The notes below the pieces were generated by a model, which did not search any database, had not been told where the DNA came from, and saw only the letters and a list, made by a program, of their open reading frames with translations. The position numbers and the translations under genes are program-made. This document shows positions 1 through 13,385 of a DNA stretch of 64,000 nucleotides, piece after piece. The DNA comes from Octopus vulgaris. Its lineage: Eukaryota. The first letter of the stretch is position 1, and every line of letters starts with the position of its first letter. The stretch lies in contig OX597814.1 of assembly GCA_951406725.2 (NCBI GenBank), positions 50,902,001 through 50,966,000 on the forward strand. The letters run 5' to 3'.

Positions 1-660
1 TAATTCTCAGTGCTTTCTTAATTCTTTCCCAGTTATTTCCTCTGCTGGTCCTAGAATTAAATTACTTTCTATGTAACCATCAGATCCATTCTCCACATTC
101 AACAACCTCACCATATATTTCTTCCACCTTCCTTTAATTCCATCGAGCACTAAGAGCACCATCCGAGTGTGATCGTTGCCAGAGCGGCTAATTGGCATCC
201 GTGCCGGTGGCACATAAAAAGCACCATTCAAGCATGATCGTTACCAGCGACGCCTTACTGGCACTTGTGCAGGTGGCACATAAAAAAAAAAAACACCATT
301 TGGGCGTGGTCGTTGCCAGTACCGCCTGACTAGCCCTTGTGCAAGTGGCACGTAAAAGCACCAACTACACTCTCAGAGTGGTTGGCATTATGAAGAGCAT
401 CCAGCAGTAGAAACTCTGCCAGATCAAGATTGGAGGCTGGTGCAGCCATCTGGTTCGCCAGTCCTCAGTCAAATCGTCCAACCTATGCTAGCATGGAAAG
501 CGAACATTAAACGATGAATGATGATGATGATCCATGACAATTTGTTTTACTTCATCTTTCAAGTAGCTCACCCCTATTACATTACCGTCACATCTCTCTT
601 TAACTAACTGCTTTGCAATCTTAAATTACTCTTTCTGACTCTCCTGTGAATCTATACATT
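1..660 (-). mobile_element. Decayed RTE-clade LINE ORF fragment, interrupted by a family B insertion
   Basis: Minus-strand peptides FKIAKQLVKERCDGNVIGVSYLKDE (about 540-630) and GIKGRWKKYMVRLLNVEN...GPAEEITGKELRK (7-143) are consecutive RTE linker motifs upstream of the RT domain. Confidence 0.7.
144..530 (+). mobile_element. Family B retroposon (RTE-type 3' UTR) with (GAT)n tail
   Basis: It has the core gtggcacgtaaaagcacc...gagtggttggcatt...ccatgctagcatggaaagcg...ttaaacgatgatg and internal tandem GTGCCGGTGGCAC units. An apparent TSD tccat flanks it. Confidence 0.8.
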
Positions 661-889
661 TAGAGGAACATCAGAGGATGAAGATCGCAAAGTAGTTGGA
701 TATCAAACAAATTGATAAAGTATATATCCTTCCTTCATTAGGCCCTCAACTCTTGATGGAGTCATAGGAGTGTAATTGTGACATACAGTATGTTTTAGGC
801 ATTTAAACTTGGCAGACACCATCCCTGTTCAAATTTAAACATAGCTGATATCTTCCAGAAAGAAAAAAGGTGGGGAAAAGGAGGGAGAA

Positions 890-1035
890 AAATCAACCCC
901 AGTACTGGACTGATATTTTATTTATTGACCCTGAAATAATGAAAGGCAAAGTTGAACTCAGTTTATAGAGAGCCTGAAGAAACAACACAAGGCATTCTTT
1001 TTGATATTGAAATGACTCTACTAACTTGCCATCGT
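890..1035 (-). mobile_element. Family C SINE (Meta-domain-like), decayed
   Basis: It matches the gaccc...gatgaaaggcaaagttga core of the copy at 55902. Confidence 0.6.
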
Positions 1036-1489
1036 TAGATGAAAAACTAGTAGAATATATTTGTATGTAACATAAACCCTTTAACAGATTTCTGAGCTAC
1101 TTTCAGAGTTTGCACTAACTGTTACATTCTCCATATTGTATTGCCTTTTCTAAGTTTGTCTTGCTCTTTTCCTTGTGTGCACGCGCGTGTGTGTGTGTGT
1201 GTGTGTTCATAACTCAATACAGCATTTGAATATCATGATTTAGTGTCATCACTATTAGTTTCATTTTTTTTTTAAAGTTACATTGAAAACCATTGCTATA
1301 CTTTCAAAATTTTACTTTGGTATTGATATTCATTTCCAGATATCTGCTTCAAAGTTCTTGAATTCTTTAATCTGTGGTGGACAGCATCAACTGTTAATAC
1401 ATTAAATAGTGAGATTACCTGATTGTTCTTGTAAAATACACCTTCCAGCATATTCTTTTGATGACATCTACCACTTGGCCATTATATAT

Positions 1490-1645
1490 TGGTCTCAAAT
1501 CTTAGCACACAGCCAGCAGTTTTGGGGGAGGGGACAAATTGATTAAATCAACCCCAGTGCTCAACTGGTATTTATTTTATCAATTCCAAAAGGATGAAAG
1601 GCAAAGCCAACTTTGGCAGAATTAGAACTCAAAAGATAGAGAACT
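1490..1645 (-). mobile_element. Family C SINE (Meta-domain-like), decayed
   Basis: It contains ccccagtgctcaactggta...ggatgaaaggcaaagccaactttggcagaatt. Confidence 0.65.
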
Positions 1646-3384
1646 TAGCCACTTTTTATCAAGTGCAAGAGAGTCTGCTATTTTGTTGGTCCACTGAAAG
1701 TGCCTGACATAGAAGCAGTATACAATAAGTATATTGCATATATGGTTTTAAGTAAGGTTACAAAGACATTGAAACTAAAAAGAATGCTAAAAAGCACTCA
1801 ATATTTAGGTAGAACAAATAATCAATGCATTGAGTTATAATGCTTACATCACTTTCGTCACTTGGTATACATGTTGTGCAGAATAGATGTGTTTGTTTGG
1901 AGTAAAAGGCTCTCAGAGAACTCATCTGTTTCAATGGTCATGTAAATGTATACATACATACAACACATATGTAGTGGTTAGCACAGGTATACAATAAACA
2001 GCAGATGTGATGTTCAAATTACACATCTATTTTCTCTTCTATATTAGATATATGCTTGTGCATAAATATATTATATATACACATGCATGGCTATATGGAT
2101 GGATAGATAGATAGATAGATAGATAGATATTTATAAATATATTCATACACACACACACACACACAGCTAATAAAAGAGCTGGAATAAGTGAATGGGGCCA
2201 ATGGCTACATTTTATAAGTACAAATAATTGTTTTTTGAAACTTTTCAATTATGTGTGTATTTCACCTTTGTTGTTATTATTTTTGGTTTTATAACTGCTT
2301 ATATCAAAGTTGTTGCATTACGTCTGGCCTGTTGTACATTAATACTGGAATATATTCAGATAACATTGGTTTCTGTAAACTAGCTAAAAACTTGACTTAT
2401 TTATTTGCACATTGAGTTTTGCAGCTATCATCTTCACTTGTTCTTGCCAATAAAACAGCATGATTATCTCCCTAGTGAGTATGAATGCCTGCTGTCTTAT
2501 ACAGAACTATACCATTAGTTCTTTGCCAAATATATTGCAGAACTATTCTGCTGTTTCAACTTCATATTCTATTTTTCATTTTTTATAGTTCTTACAATAT
2601 CATAAAGTTGGATATAATAAATTTAATTCATTTAACTGTTGCATTTCTTTTTTCCACCTTTGTTATTAATTTTTTTTCTTTTATATTTTCTTATTTTAAC
2701 TGGGGATTTGTATTTCCTGCAAATCTAAAATCCCTCGAGGTGTAAACTTCTTAAAAAATATATTGCTTCAATTCAGAACACACACACACACACATATATG
2801 AAATGTTTAATTTTCTTTGGTATAGAAGAAAGCATATTTTCTATATAATTTCATTAGTTTATGAATCATTTCAGTTTCTTTTCCTCTTTTATTCATTGTT
2901 TTTCCTTTACTTAAAACAAATGGCTGCTTTTAACATACTTGCTACTTTTGAAATTATTTTGCTCTTTATAACTACCTAAAAATAAATGTCATTGTGTTTT
3001 TAAAATTTCATCAATATTAATGATAATGGTCATCATGATGATGGTCAATAGCGGTTATACCAAGCACAAAGTACTGCTTCATCAGTGGGATACAAACCTA
3101 TGACCCAACAACCAGTAATCTGACATCTTTCTGCTCAGATGTTTCACTTTATGTTATTGATTTTTCACATATTTGCATGAGAAAAGAAAACCAGCTGGGA
3201 TTCCCTTCATAACAACAAGTAGACCTAGGAAGAACCTAATACTGAATCTAATCATCATCATAATTCAGCATTGGTACACAGTTATTTGTTATATTTGACT
3301 GAGAGCTGAGTCTCGTCAGTTCAGACTGTCGAAAATAGTAGGAAGGCACAGTTGTAGTCATTAACATGTGATAAAGTTTTGTTG

Positions 3385-3510
3385 CTGCTGTTGTTGTTAA
3401 ACCCCGGTTTAGTCCTAATTATGTAGAACTATGATCAAAGGCATCAAAGAGGTGAAGAAGTCTTTTTGTATATCAAGGACTACATTGTCTAATGTGTTCT
3501 TCCTTCCCAA
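3385..3510 (-). mobile_element. Family D SINE-like 3' fragment
   Basis: It has a (GTT)n tail plus tatgatcaaaggcat and ggactacattgtctaatgtgtt, the reverse complement of the 22520 copy. Confidence 0.5.
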
Positions 3511-3680
3511 ACATAATAGGAAGAGTATAAACTGAGAAAGAGAGACAGACAAACAGACCTGGCAAATGCTGTAACAAACCATATTTGTTGGCATGTTGCA
3601 GTGTTTGGTTTAAGAATGCATTTCAATATGGTTGGTAAGCTCCATCCAAGATTATAGACCAAAATGTGGTTTAATGGTTA

Positions 3681-3936
3681 GGTGCTGTGTGGTAAGAAGC
3701 TTGCTTCCCAACTACATGTTTCCAGGTTCAGTACCACTGCATGGCACTTTATGTGTTTCCCCTCACTATCACTTAACCAATGTTGGTGTATTTACGTCCC
3801 CGTAACTTAGCAGTTCAGCAAAAGAGACCAATAGAATAAGTACTAGGCTTACAAAGAATAAGTCCTGGGGTCGAGGGCAATGCTCCAGCATGACCACAGT
3901 CAAATGACTGAAACAAGTAAAAGAATAAAAAGAATA
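3681..3936 (+). mobile_element. Family A tRNA-derived SINE, internally deleted
   Basis: It has the head gctgtgtggtaagaagcttgcttccc...ggttcagtaccactg and the tail ccagcatgaccacagtcaaatgactgaaacaagtaaaagaa. Confidence 0.75.
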
Positions 3937-4584
3937 TTAAGAAAGGTTGTAAAAGAATTTTGGAAAGTTGAACTGTGAAACTGCCCGGTTTAAAACAACG
4001 TCAACCACTAGGCATACACATCTGTCTCACACATAATTATCAGAGGCTCAGGTTCAGTATTGAGTCTGTATGTGGTCATCACTTGACCTGCTAAGAATAG
4101 CTGCCAAGTCTCCTTTAAATTACATCCATGTCATAGCTGGAATACCATTAATCATACTTATTTTACTCAATCAGACAAAACAATGTTACATATTTGTGGC
4201 TGTAATGTGGCCTATGATATACAAAATGAGAGGATGGTGATTGCTGGGACATCCTTGACCATAAGTCTGCTAAAATACACTGACTTGGAGCTAAGCAATA
4301 ACAGCAGCAGCAACATTGATTTTCTTACACTTCGATTTGTTCAAAGCCTGATGTTGTTCAATGACCCCTTTCCAATTTCGTATGTCATGCATGTCTATCC
4401 AACTCGCCCAATTGATTCAAATCATATTTTTTCTGCAATCTTGCAATCAAAATGTGTTAAAAGATGAAACTTTGAACTTTAAAAAAGCAAAAAATGATGG
4501 TTTACAAGGAAATATATTACTATTATTTGTCTGAAAGACTTTAACAACATACTGAAAAGAAGAATCCTAACTGAAAACTGAAAG

Positions 4585-5260
4585 TGGTACATGTTTTGGT
4601 ACATGTTTTGGGGACACAGCAAGCCAACGGTTGTTCTGTGTGTTCACCATCTGATCCTGGCAGAAATTTTTTCTTATCTGAGAATAACCAAAGCATGTGA
4701 GGATGCTTGATTTTGTTCAAAAGTTTTGTAACAGTCTTTCCCCTTGTCCTTGATGGCTTGGGATAAAAATTTGCCCTTTCTCATCTTGTATGAGGGATAC
4801 CAAATGTCTTCATGCACTACCTGCCTGACACTCCCATGTCTCTGGCAATGGAGCTGATTGACTTGGAGGGACCATAGTCAATCATGGCCTGGATCTCACC
4901 AACAAATTAATTCAGGAGTTCTTTTCTTATCAGAACAATCAGAGTGAGTTTTCGAAGCTGCTGTACCTTCGTAATCACCATTAAACTCATCCAACCCTTT
5001 CTGAATCCTCAGCACTGTCATCAGATTGACACCCAAACACTCTGAAATGTTTGTATTGGAGCTTCCAGCATGAATGCCAAGCAGTACAGCATGTTGTTTC
5101 CAAATTTCTGACTGAGTGAATTGCGTCATGGTGCTGCTTTTCTCACAGACGGTACCGAACTGACCCTACTATACTGTGTAGTTGATAAAATCAAAAATAA
5201 ACAATGCACGTGCACAAAATCAAAAGAATAAAATGGCAACAATTTACCCATCACACCCTG
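4585..5260 (-). mobile_element. Tc1/mariner maT (DD37D)-like transposon, 5' half, decayed
   Basis: The terminus TA|CAGGGTGTGATGGG is at 5260. The ORF starts at 5129 (MTQFTQSEIWKQHAVLLGIHAG..., HTH-like) and continues into sequence homologous to 13386-13720. Confidence 0.8.
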
Positions 5261-5721
5261 TATATATTTGTATTTGTCTCACCTCACCATCATTGGTGAT
5301 GATTGGTATTAGTTTGTCTCCATCCTCATAACTTTGTGATTTGGCAAAAGAGACCAGTAGAGTAAGTGTAGTACTAATGCCAGTTTGTTCAACTAAACCT
5401 GTCAAAGGCAGTATCCTCATATGCTGTAGCCCCATGACTGAAACTAGTGAAATATAAAAGGTAAGATAAGAGAACACTAGGTTTAATGCTTCATTTTAAT
5501 CAGGGTTGGTTTCTCTCTGATCCCTTACAAGGTCAATAAAATAATTACCAATAACATATTAATGTTTGTTTCAAATTAATATTGTACCTACAAAAGAAAT
5601 CATTGGCAGTTTCTAGAACAACTAATAAGCATTGAGTAGAATGGTTTATTTTTGCTTTGATGAGGATTATTTTAGTTTTTAGTCTCTCACATGCTAGCAC
5701 CATTTTTGTTAAAACCTTTAA

Positions 5722-5959
5722 CCCTTTTGTTACTGCATTTATTTTAAGATGCTCTGTGTTTCTTTCAATTAATTTTAAATATAACAAAGAATTTAGTAAA
5801 GTAACTTAGTTATCATTAAGCTAGTGTTAGGAACATAAACTGTGACTAAGGTTTGGTGGAAGATTTTAATTCAAAACTTATGGAAACAAAACATTTGTAG
5901 TGCAGAGCCATTCGTGGGTGCAGATCTCGGTGGTAGTAGCACGAATAGTATCAAAAGGG
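5722..5959. mobile_element. piggyBac-type MITE carrying a 28S rRNA-like segment
   Basis: Ends are TTAA|CCCTTTTGTTAC ... GTATCAAAAGGG|CTAA. The body is the inverted homolog of 19327-19533. Confidence 0.8.
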
Positions 5960-8900
5960 CTAAGGAGCTGTAGCCATCCTTACTTAAACTTAGAATAAAT
6001 CTTGAAAAAATTTTTTTTAAAAACTGTCAAAATATATTCAAATAAATGCAAAAGATACTGAGTCTAAATTGTATAAATAAACATTATTCTAGTAAAATTA
6101 CTGTTTCATGTTGAAAATTTAATAGAGAGACTGAAAATTACAGTTTATAATCTAAGTGTAAACAATGTCAAAATATAAATACATATATATATTTAAAATA
6201 ATTCCAATTCTTTGCATCAGATAAATGATCTGATGATAAATGTCTCCACATGCCACATGGGGGTTATAAAAACAGTGCTTAGCTGCAAGTTTTGTAACAT
6301 TATGCAGATGGGAGATGAATTTGGATATGATGCCAGTCTATTGCAGATATCCTTTTCTGATGTTCTAGTGGTATCTATTGCCAACAGCTAAGTGAACTGA
6401 GTTACATAGCTGCATGGATGTTTTACCCAGAGACATTACAAATTGCCTGCAGCAAATAATCTAATATCTTATCCTCACAATCATTTTGTACCAACCTTAA
6501 CACAAGAATGATGAAGCTGTATTCTGTTCTTTTTTTCCCTTTTCTCCCCTCCCAATCCATTTATGTTTCTCACAGTTTGTCGAATTTTAACAGTTTGTTG
6601 AAATTTTCTTTTATCTTTTTAGTTTTCTTTAAACATTCAGTTATTTAAGTATCAAGATTATTGACCGAAGAGGTTTACCTGTACTTCCTATCTCACCAGC
6701 AGCCATGTTAATACTTATTTATTGGTATTCAACTTTGTGGTGTTAGTTGTGACAGTGTTACTGAGTGGAATGGTGTAAATGGTAGTAGTAGTAGTAGCAG
6801 TAGTAGTAGATATTGTAAACTTCCTTATGCTAACTATCAAATTAAATTAATATGGATGGCTGACAGCTTTTCATTCAAAGTAAAATGAGTTCAAATATTA
6901 ACAAATGGTGGTCCAGCGAAATACATTTATCTAATTTCTGAAATTTGTCAGTTTAATTATTTGCTTAATCAAAGAAGTGAGGAAAGTAGTGGGGAGGATG
7001 ATCATTGTCTGTATTTTTCATTTACAACATAATTTTATCTTTAATGTTACTGACAGGAGTTGTGAGTCTGCTAACTGAAGGATTATTATTTCATATCTCA
7101 TGAATGGAAAGCATTTTTCACACAAGCATGTTTTTTTACACTAAAACTTCAACTTTACAGTGTTCTCCTTAATGATTCCACACTGCAATTTTAATTAGAT
7201 TATCTTTAAATCAAAGTTTACAAGTGCAGCCTGTCTTATTCGATGTGGGGATTAGGATAAAAACTACTTAACTAAAAGTAATCCAATAACTGCCTTTCTG
7301 TGCTTTCTGACACCTTTTATGAATATTTTTCTAATATTTTCAAATTTGTTCTGGACAGGCTTGATACTCATGAGATATACAGAATGCATTCTGGGTCTAA
7401 TGCCTTCTTGAGATATTTCCCAGTGAAACGCTTTCTTAAGATATTACATAGATTTATTTTAGAAAGACATTTGTTAACCATCTTTTTAAAGCTTTCTCAA
7501 TTTTATTTCATCATTTAACATTGAAACTCTGAAGAACATAGCAGTTGCATAAAAATTTCATGTTTGCATTTGTTGTTACTAGATGTCTTAATTCGGTTAA
7601 TAATTCAGAAAAATAACATTTTAGATAAGCAAATTGTTATTTCATATTTAATGTCTACGATCACTCTACAATGGTGCAACTGTTGTTTTATTTTTAATGG
7701 CTACAACAACTCTGCAGTGGTTCATTTTAATCCTTCTACAACCTTTAACCTACCTTTTCACTTATTTATTAGGTTATTGTATGACTTCAAACAATATAAC
7801 ATTTTATCTGCTCAGAGACCTAAATAAATTGTCTGCTGCAGCAATTACAAAATGACCATTGCTTTTCCATCTCTTTTTGGCCCTGAAGCAAAAGAACAGA
7901 AAAGCTTGATGTTGTTGTTATTGTTTTCCGTTTTGTTTTCTGGGAATATTATTTAATTTTTACTCAATCAAATGATGTATTGATTATGGGTCTCTATTGA
8001 TATGATGACTGCCAGTAAATATAACTTGACGTTGAGGGATTCATGCAACTTAGCATAGATATACATACAGGCAATGTAACATTGAGAGATATGTATAGCT
8101 TAATACAAAAATATATAAATCTGGGTATTGGAAATGTATGACTGTCCATAGAAATAGATTTTAGAGTTTATTTCTTTATGATTTTCAGATGAGCTTTGTT
8201 GGTTTGACATGAAGCAAGTTTCGTTTTCCTCTTAATTTTTCTGAATTATTGTTTTTCTAAATTAGAATTATTCACCCCATGGAATAATAGCAGTTAATGA
8301 TTTTATTGGAAGAGAGAGTAAGAAAAGAAAATTAATATACAGAAAAGAAACTGAAGGGTAAAAATTATTGAAAAACAAATACTATTCTTAAAAGTAAACT
8401 GGGTTTTTTTTTTCTTTTGCTTTTTGTTGTTTGTTTTTAAGTAGATTGATGCTAACACTATTAGTCATTTCAAATTTACTCATTTCTGATAGAGTTTGTG
8501 AATCTTCCTGACCTTGTTTCTTTAAACATTGAACAATACACATTTTAAACTACAACAAATGCAAGTATTCCTACCTACTACTACTACCACTACTTTCCAA
8601 TATTTGAAACTTGATATAGATTTGTTTTCGCCTACCACAATGTTTCAGATTTTTTAAAGAGGGTAAAATAAAATGCTATATAATGGTCATGCCTTTTCGT
8701 AACACAAATGAAGTGAAATGGCTTCAACTTCGAAATGAAACTAGGATTTTGGACTCAGCTCACCATGTACTTACTGTTCACTATAGGAATCCTTGCAGCT
8801 TGATAAGAACTGTACTAATATCACCCTACTCTCCTACTGTTTGCACTAATGTCACCCGACCTTCCTAGCCTGCTTGTCTAGAAGGCTCTCTGCAGGTTAT

Positions 8901-9477
8901 ATTTATAGTCCTTTCTCTCTTGATCAACAAATTAAAAAAAGATGAATCTATTTTTTTTTTTAATCTAACAACAGAAGTGTTACTATAGAATACTACATTT
9001 AAGGTTATCAATTTTATTTAAACTATATAGTTCAATGAAGATAAGTACATTTATTGGATTATTTTACTTCGTAGTTTACTTGCAGATTTTTGGGGTTTTT
9101 TTCACTACTTCTCTCTAAATGTTTTGCAGAACATCCAGCCTAAATATTTTGTGCTGTCAGGTTCTGAAGCATTGTGTGCTTTTCCAGGGATGGGTAAGAG
9201 AAGTACTTGACTAAGTACAAGCAACTCTGCTTGCATCTGTTGATATGGAAAACTATTTTGACAGTTTCTCACACTCAATTGTTAGATGGGTACTGAGAAA
9301 ATCAACTTTAGATAAATAGTTTGTGAGGTACAGAAGAATAGCTTACAAGCTATACATGAAGGATTTGCTGTTTGCAAGGTTAGAAATTGACAATAAATAC
9401 AGTGAAGAATGTAGTGTTTTGGTAAGTGCTTTCATTGGGGCTCTATCCTTACACTACTGCTATTGATTATAGTAATA

Positions 9478-9648
9478 ATGATTTCAAATTTTGGCACAAG
9501 GCCAGCAATTTGGGGGCAGGGATAAGTCCATTAAATCAACCCTGAAATTATGAAAGGCAAAGTTAACCTCAGCAGAATTTGAACTGAAATCATAAAGACG
9601 GATGAAAGCATTTTGCTTGGTATGCTGATTCAGCCATCTCACTGACTT
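9478..9648 (-). mobile_element. Family C SINE (Meta-domain-like)
   Basis: It has the ttttggcacaaggccagcaatttgggg tail plus the atgaaaggcaaagttaacctcagcagaatttgaact core. Confidence 0.7.
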
Positions 9649-11611
9649 AATTAATTACAGTAATAATGGAGGAGTTCAAGGCTTGATATTCTTAAGGCAT
9701 TTATCTATTGGCAATCTGGTTCTCTTTCCAGGGTCTGTCATGGAACTTTCCACAAAAGTTTCAAACTTGGGCAGACTATCTAGAGTTCAAAGGTCTGAAG
9801 TTCAATATGGTAGAGATTTAGTGTAAGTTAGTATCAAAGAACTCAAGATTCCAGTGCCATTTGGGGAGTTGCTTTTGTTAGTATGTCTGAAAGGGGTAAG
9901 CAGGGTTTCAGTACTGTGTATTCAGTACATAAAATGGGTTTACAAAATATCCAGTGGTATTTCTGGCATATGTGACACTTCACATAAGTTAAATGTTTAG
10001 CAAGGATGAACAGTAGAGACACTTATGAAATGAAGTCTAAACATGTTGGCAATTTCTGTTATTTAGTATATTTAATTAGTGTTGGAGGTGGCTGTGCTGA
10101 GAGCATATTAGCAAAATAATAAAAAAAGTTGACTTGGTGGTACTGAAACTGAAAATTAATGGGGAAGATCTGTGAGTACTAGGGAGAAGTTTGTCAGGTA
10201 TTATCCGTTAGTTGTGTAACAATACATAAAAGATGGAATATAAGTCAACTGACAGAGTGGCTAGATATTAAAAATATTGACAAGGTCAGTGTATCCAAAA
10301 TCGTGTTCTGCCAAATGTTAAATATAGCATGAAAATAAGAAAATTATATCTAAAACATACAAAATAATCATTAGTATTGTTTTTATGTCTTCTTTTTCCA
10401 TGGACAAAGACTTACTGTTATAATATTTTCTGGTTAGATGCCTTTCCTGCCACCAAATCCGACCTGTTTTTCTGTTGGGAAAATTGTATTCTAGTGATCT
10501 TTATAAGTTTAAAGCAGCAATGCTACAGGACATTGTTTACAGGACATGCAAACATAACACCACCTTATTTGATGCAGTGTCAGACAAACACACAGAAAAA
10601 TTTTTTTCATATAAACGTACCATATACACACATGTACATGCATACATTCAATGGACTACCATAAAGCTTACATCTACATGTTCCAGTCATATAGCATTAC
10701 TTTGCTCAAGACTATAGTAGAAGACACTCAAATTGTCTGAAGGTGCTACAGAATAAAAGTACACCGGATCAAAATGCTCAGTTATTATTTGCTGATATGG
10801 TTAACCAGTATAGATTAATAGATTGAGGAACGAAGCTTGCTGTATAATTCTGTAGCAATTAATTACAGTATAATTCAGTGAAATCTGAGCTATAAAGACA
10901 AACACTGCTGGAACCCTTGGGTAGTGAGATACACATAGAAAAAATGCATGTTGAAATAATTAGTAGTGCTTGCTAATGTGGAAATTGTTAAATCAACTTC
11001 TGAAGTAGGAAACATGAAATTGATTTTTGTAGGACACATCTTATATTGGCAAAAGGTAAAAAATGTTGAGAAAGAAACAATGTCAACGGAATCAACATAC
11101 ATGTATGTATGCTTGTGTGCATGCATGCATGTATAACTAATACTCACAAAATAGAGGACAAAACAGCATATTGCAAGTTTGGTGTTGCACTGTTTCTACT
11201 ATTCTACTTTCTACCTAATAACAATAATTGTAATTTCTCTTATTTGCCACAAGGCCGGTGTATGAGGCAGCATTCAAAAACAAATTTAAGTAGAAACTCT
11301 CACTGAACATCATTATAATAATAAAGGGAATAATAACTATTATACTGTTTCTAATTTAGGCATACTGCTAGGAATTTTGTTTTTAATTTCAGCACAACAG
11401 CCAGATCAAATACTACAAGACATTTTTTCCCAACACTCTAAAATTGTGACAATTCAGTGCCTTGAATGTTTCTAATTTATGCACAAGGCCAGTAATTTTG
11501 AGTGCTGCAGCTAATGTCAGTCTTTGTATTTGAATGGTGCTTTATTTTATTGACCCCATAGATTTTCATAAGCTTTGAAGTTAGGATATAAAGAGCCCTA
11601 CTAATAATAAT

Positions 11612-12080
11612 AACAATCCTTTCTGCTATAGGCACAAGACCTGAAATTTAGGGGAGGGGACTAGGCGATTATATTGACCCCCAGCACTTGACTAGTACTT
11701 ATTTCATCGACCCCAAAAGGATGAAAGACGAAGTTGACCTTGGTGGAATTTGAACTCAGAATGTAATGACATGAAATAAAGCTAAGTATTTCTCCTGGCA
11801 TGCTAACAATTCTGCCAGCCCACCAATAACAACAACAACAACAACAATAATAATAATAATAATAATAATTTTTAAAAAATAATATCAATTGCTTTTATTT
11901 TAAACACAAGGTCAGCAGTTTCGTGGGAAGGAGTTAGTCAATACTATTGACTGTTACTTTATTTCATTGATAATGGAGGGATGAAAGGCAAAGTTGACCT
12001 TGGTTGGATTTGAAACCAGAATATAAGAAGCCAGAACAAAATGTTTTAGTTGTTATTTTAATAATTTTGCCAATCCACCA
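11612..12080 (-). mobile_element. Two tandem family C SINEs within (AAT)n/(AAC)n
   Basis: Copies lie at about 11612-11825 and 11895-12080. Each carries the ggatgaaag.caaagttgaccttgg...atttgaa core. Confidence 0.7.
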
Positions 12081-12200
12081 ATAATAATATAAATAATAAG
12101 TTCAAGAACAAATTAGAAGTTGGGCAATAAGAAAATCATCAAAAGCAAAAGCTAGTAAATTATGTGTGTATATGTGTGTGTGTGTGCACGCATGCACATG

Positions 12201-12251
<51 letters not shown>

Positions 12252-12714
12252 ATGATATATGTGGTAAGGGGAGAGTGTAATAAAACACTTGCAGCAATGT
12301 ATGATATTCCAAGTAAATAAGAAGAAATAATAAACTTCAACCTTATAAAGAACAACAAAATAATGTGAGAAAGCTCGTCCACTGGGAGTTTTGTGGAACT
12401 TTTGAAATACAATGAAATTCTAGTGGGAACATCAGCTACAGAGGAAAAAGAAATGTTTTAAAGGTAGGCGTAATCTTTGAGATTCTCATATCTAATCAGA
12501 TAAAAGTAAGAATTTCAACCAGGAGACTAAGTAGTCAATACAGAAGTAATAAATATTACTGCTTGAAATCTGTTTTGCAATGTGAAAACTTTGAATTATA
12601 CCAGTGCTATCAGGAACCAATAGAGGCCAAAATTATTTCAGCAAAGATACAAAAATATAATTAAAAAAAAAAAAAACAATGCACTTTGTCTGGAATTCCA
12701 AATATACAAAATTT

Positions 12715-13213
12715 ATTTATATATATATATGTGTGTGTATATATACATATACATATATATATATATGAATAAAAAAAATGGAGTTAACATGTATACACAT
12801 ATATATGTATATACATGTATACACACACACACACATATACATATGTATATATACATATATATGTGTATATATACATATATATATACATATATATGGATAT
12901 ATATACATATGTATATGTATATATACATATGTATATGTATATATACACATATATATGTATATATACATATACATATGTATATATATCCATATGTATATGT
13001 ATATATACATATGTATATGTATATATACATATATATATGTATATATACATATGTATATGTATATATACATATATATATGTATATATACATATGTATATGT
13101 ATATATACATATGTATATGTATATATATATACATATATACATATATACATATATATATGTATATATACATATATATGTATATATATACATATACATATGT
13201 ATATATACATATG

Positions 13214-13244
<31 letters not shown>

Positions 13245-13345
13245 ATACATGTATATACAAATATATATGTATACATGTGTTTTGTCAAACAGTGGTGAGG
13301 AACTGACACACATGCATGTGCACTCACACACACACACACACATAT
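12715..13345. repeat. Compound (TA)/(TACA)/(TATG)/(TG) microsatellite array
   Basis: Directly visible. It explains the YIYI ORFs in all six frames. Confidence 0.95.
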
Positions 13346-13385
13346 GTGACAGGCTTCTTTCAGTTTCTACTTACCAAATCCTGAA

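Noticed and set aside
5916-5941. rRNA gene
   Set aside because: Only 26 nt match and they lie inside a MITE. There is no flanking rDNA.
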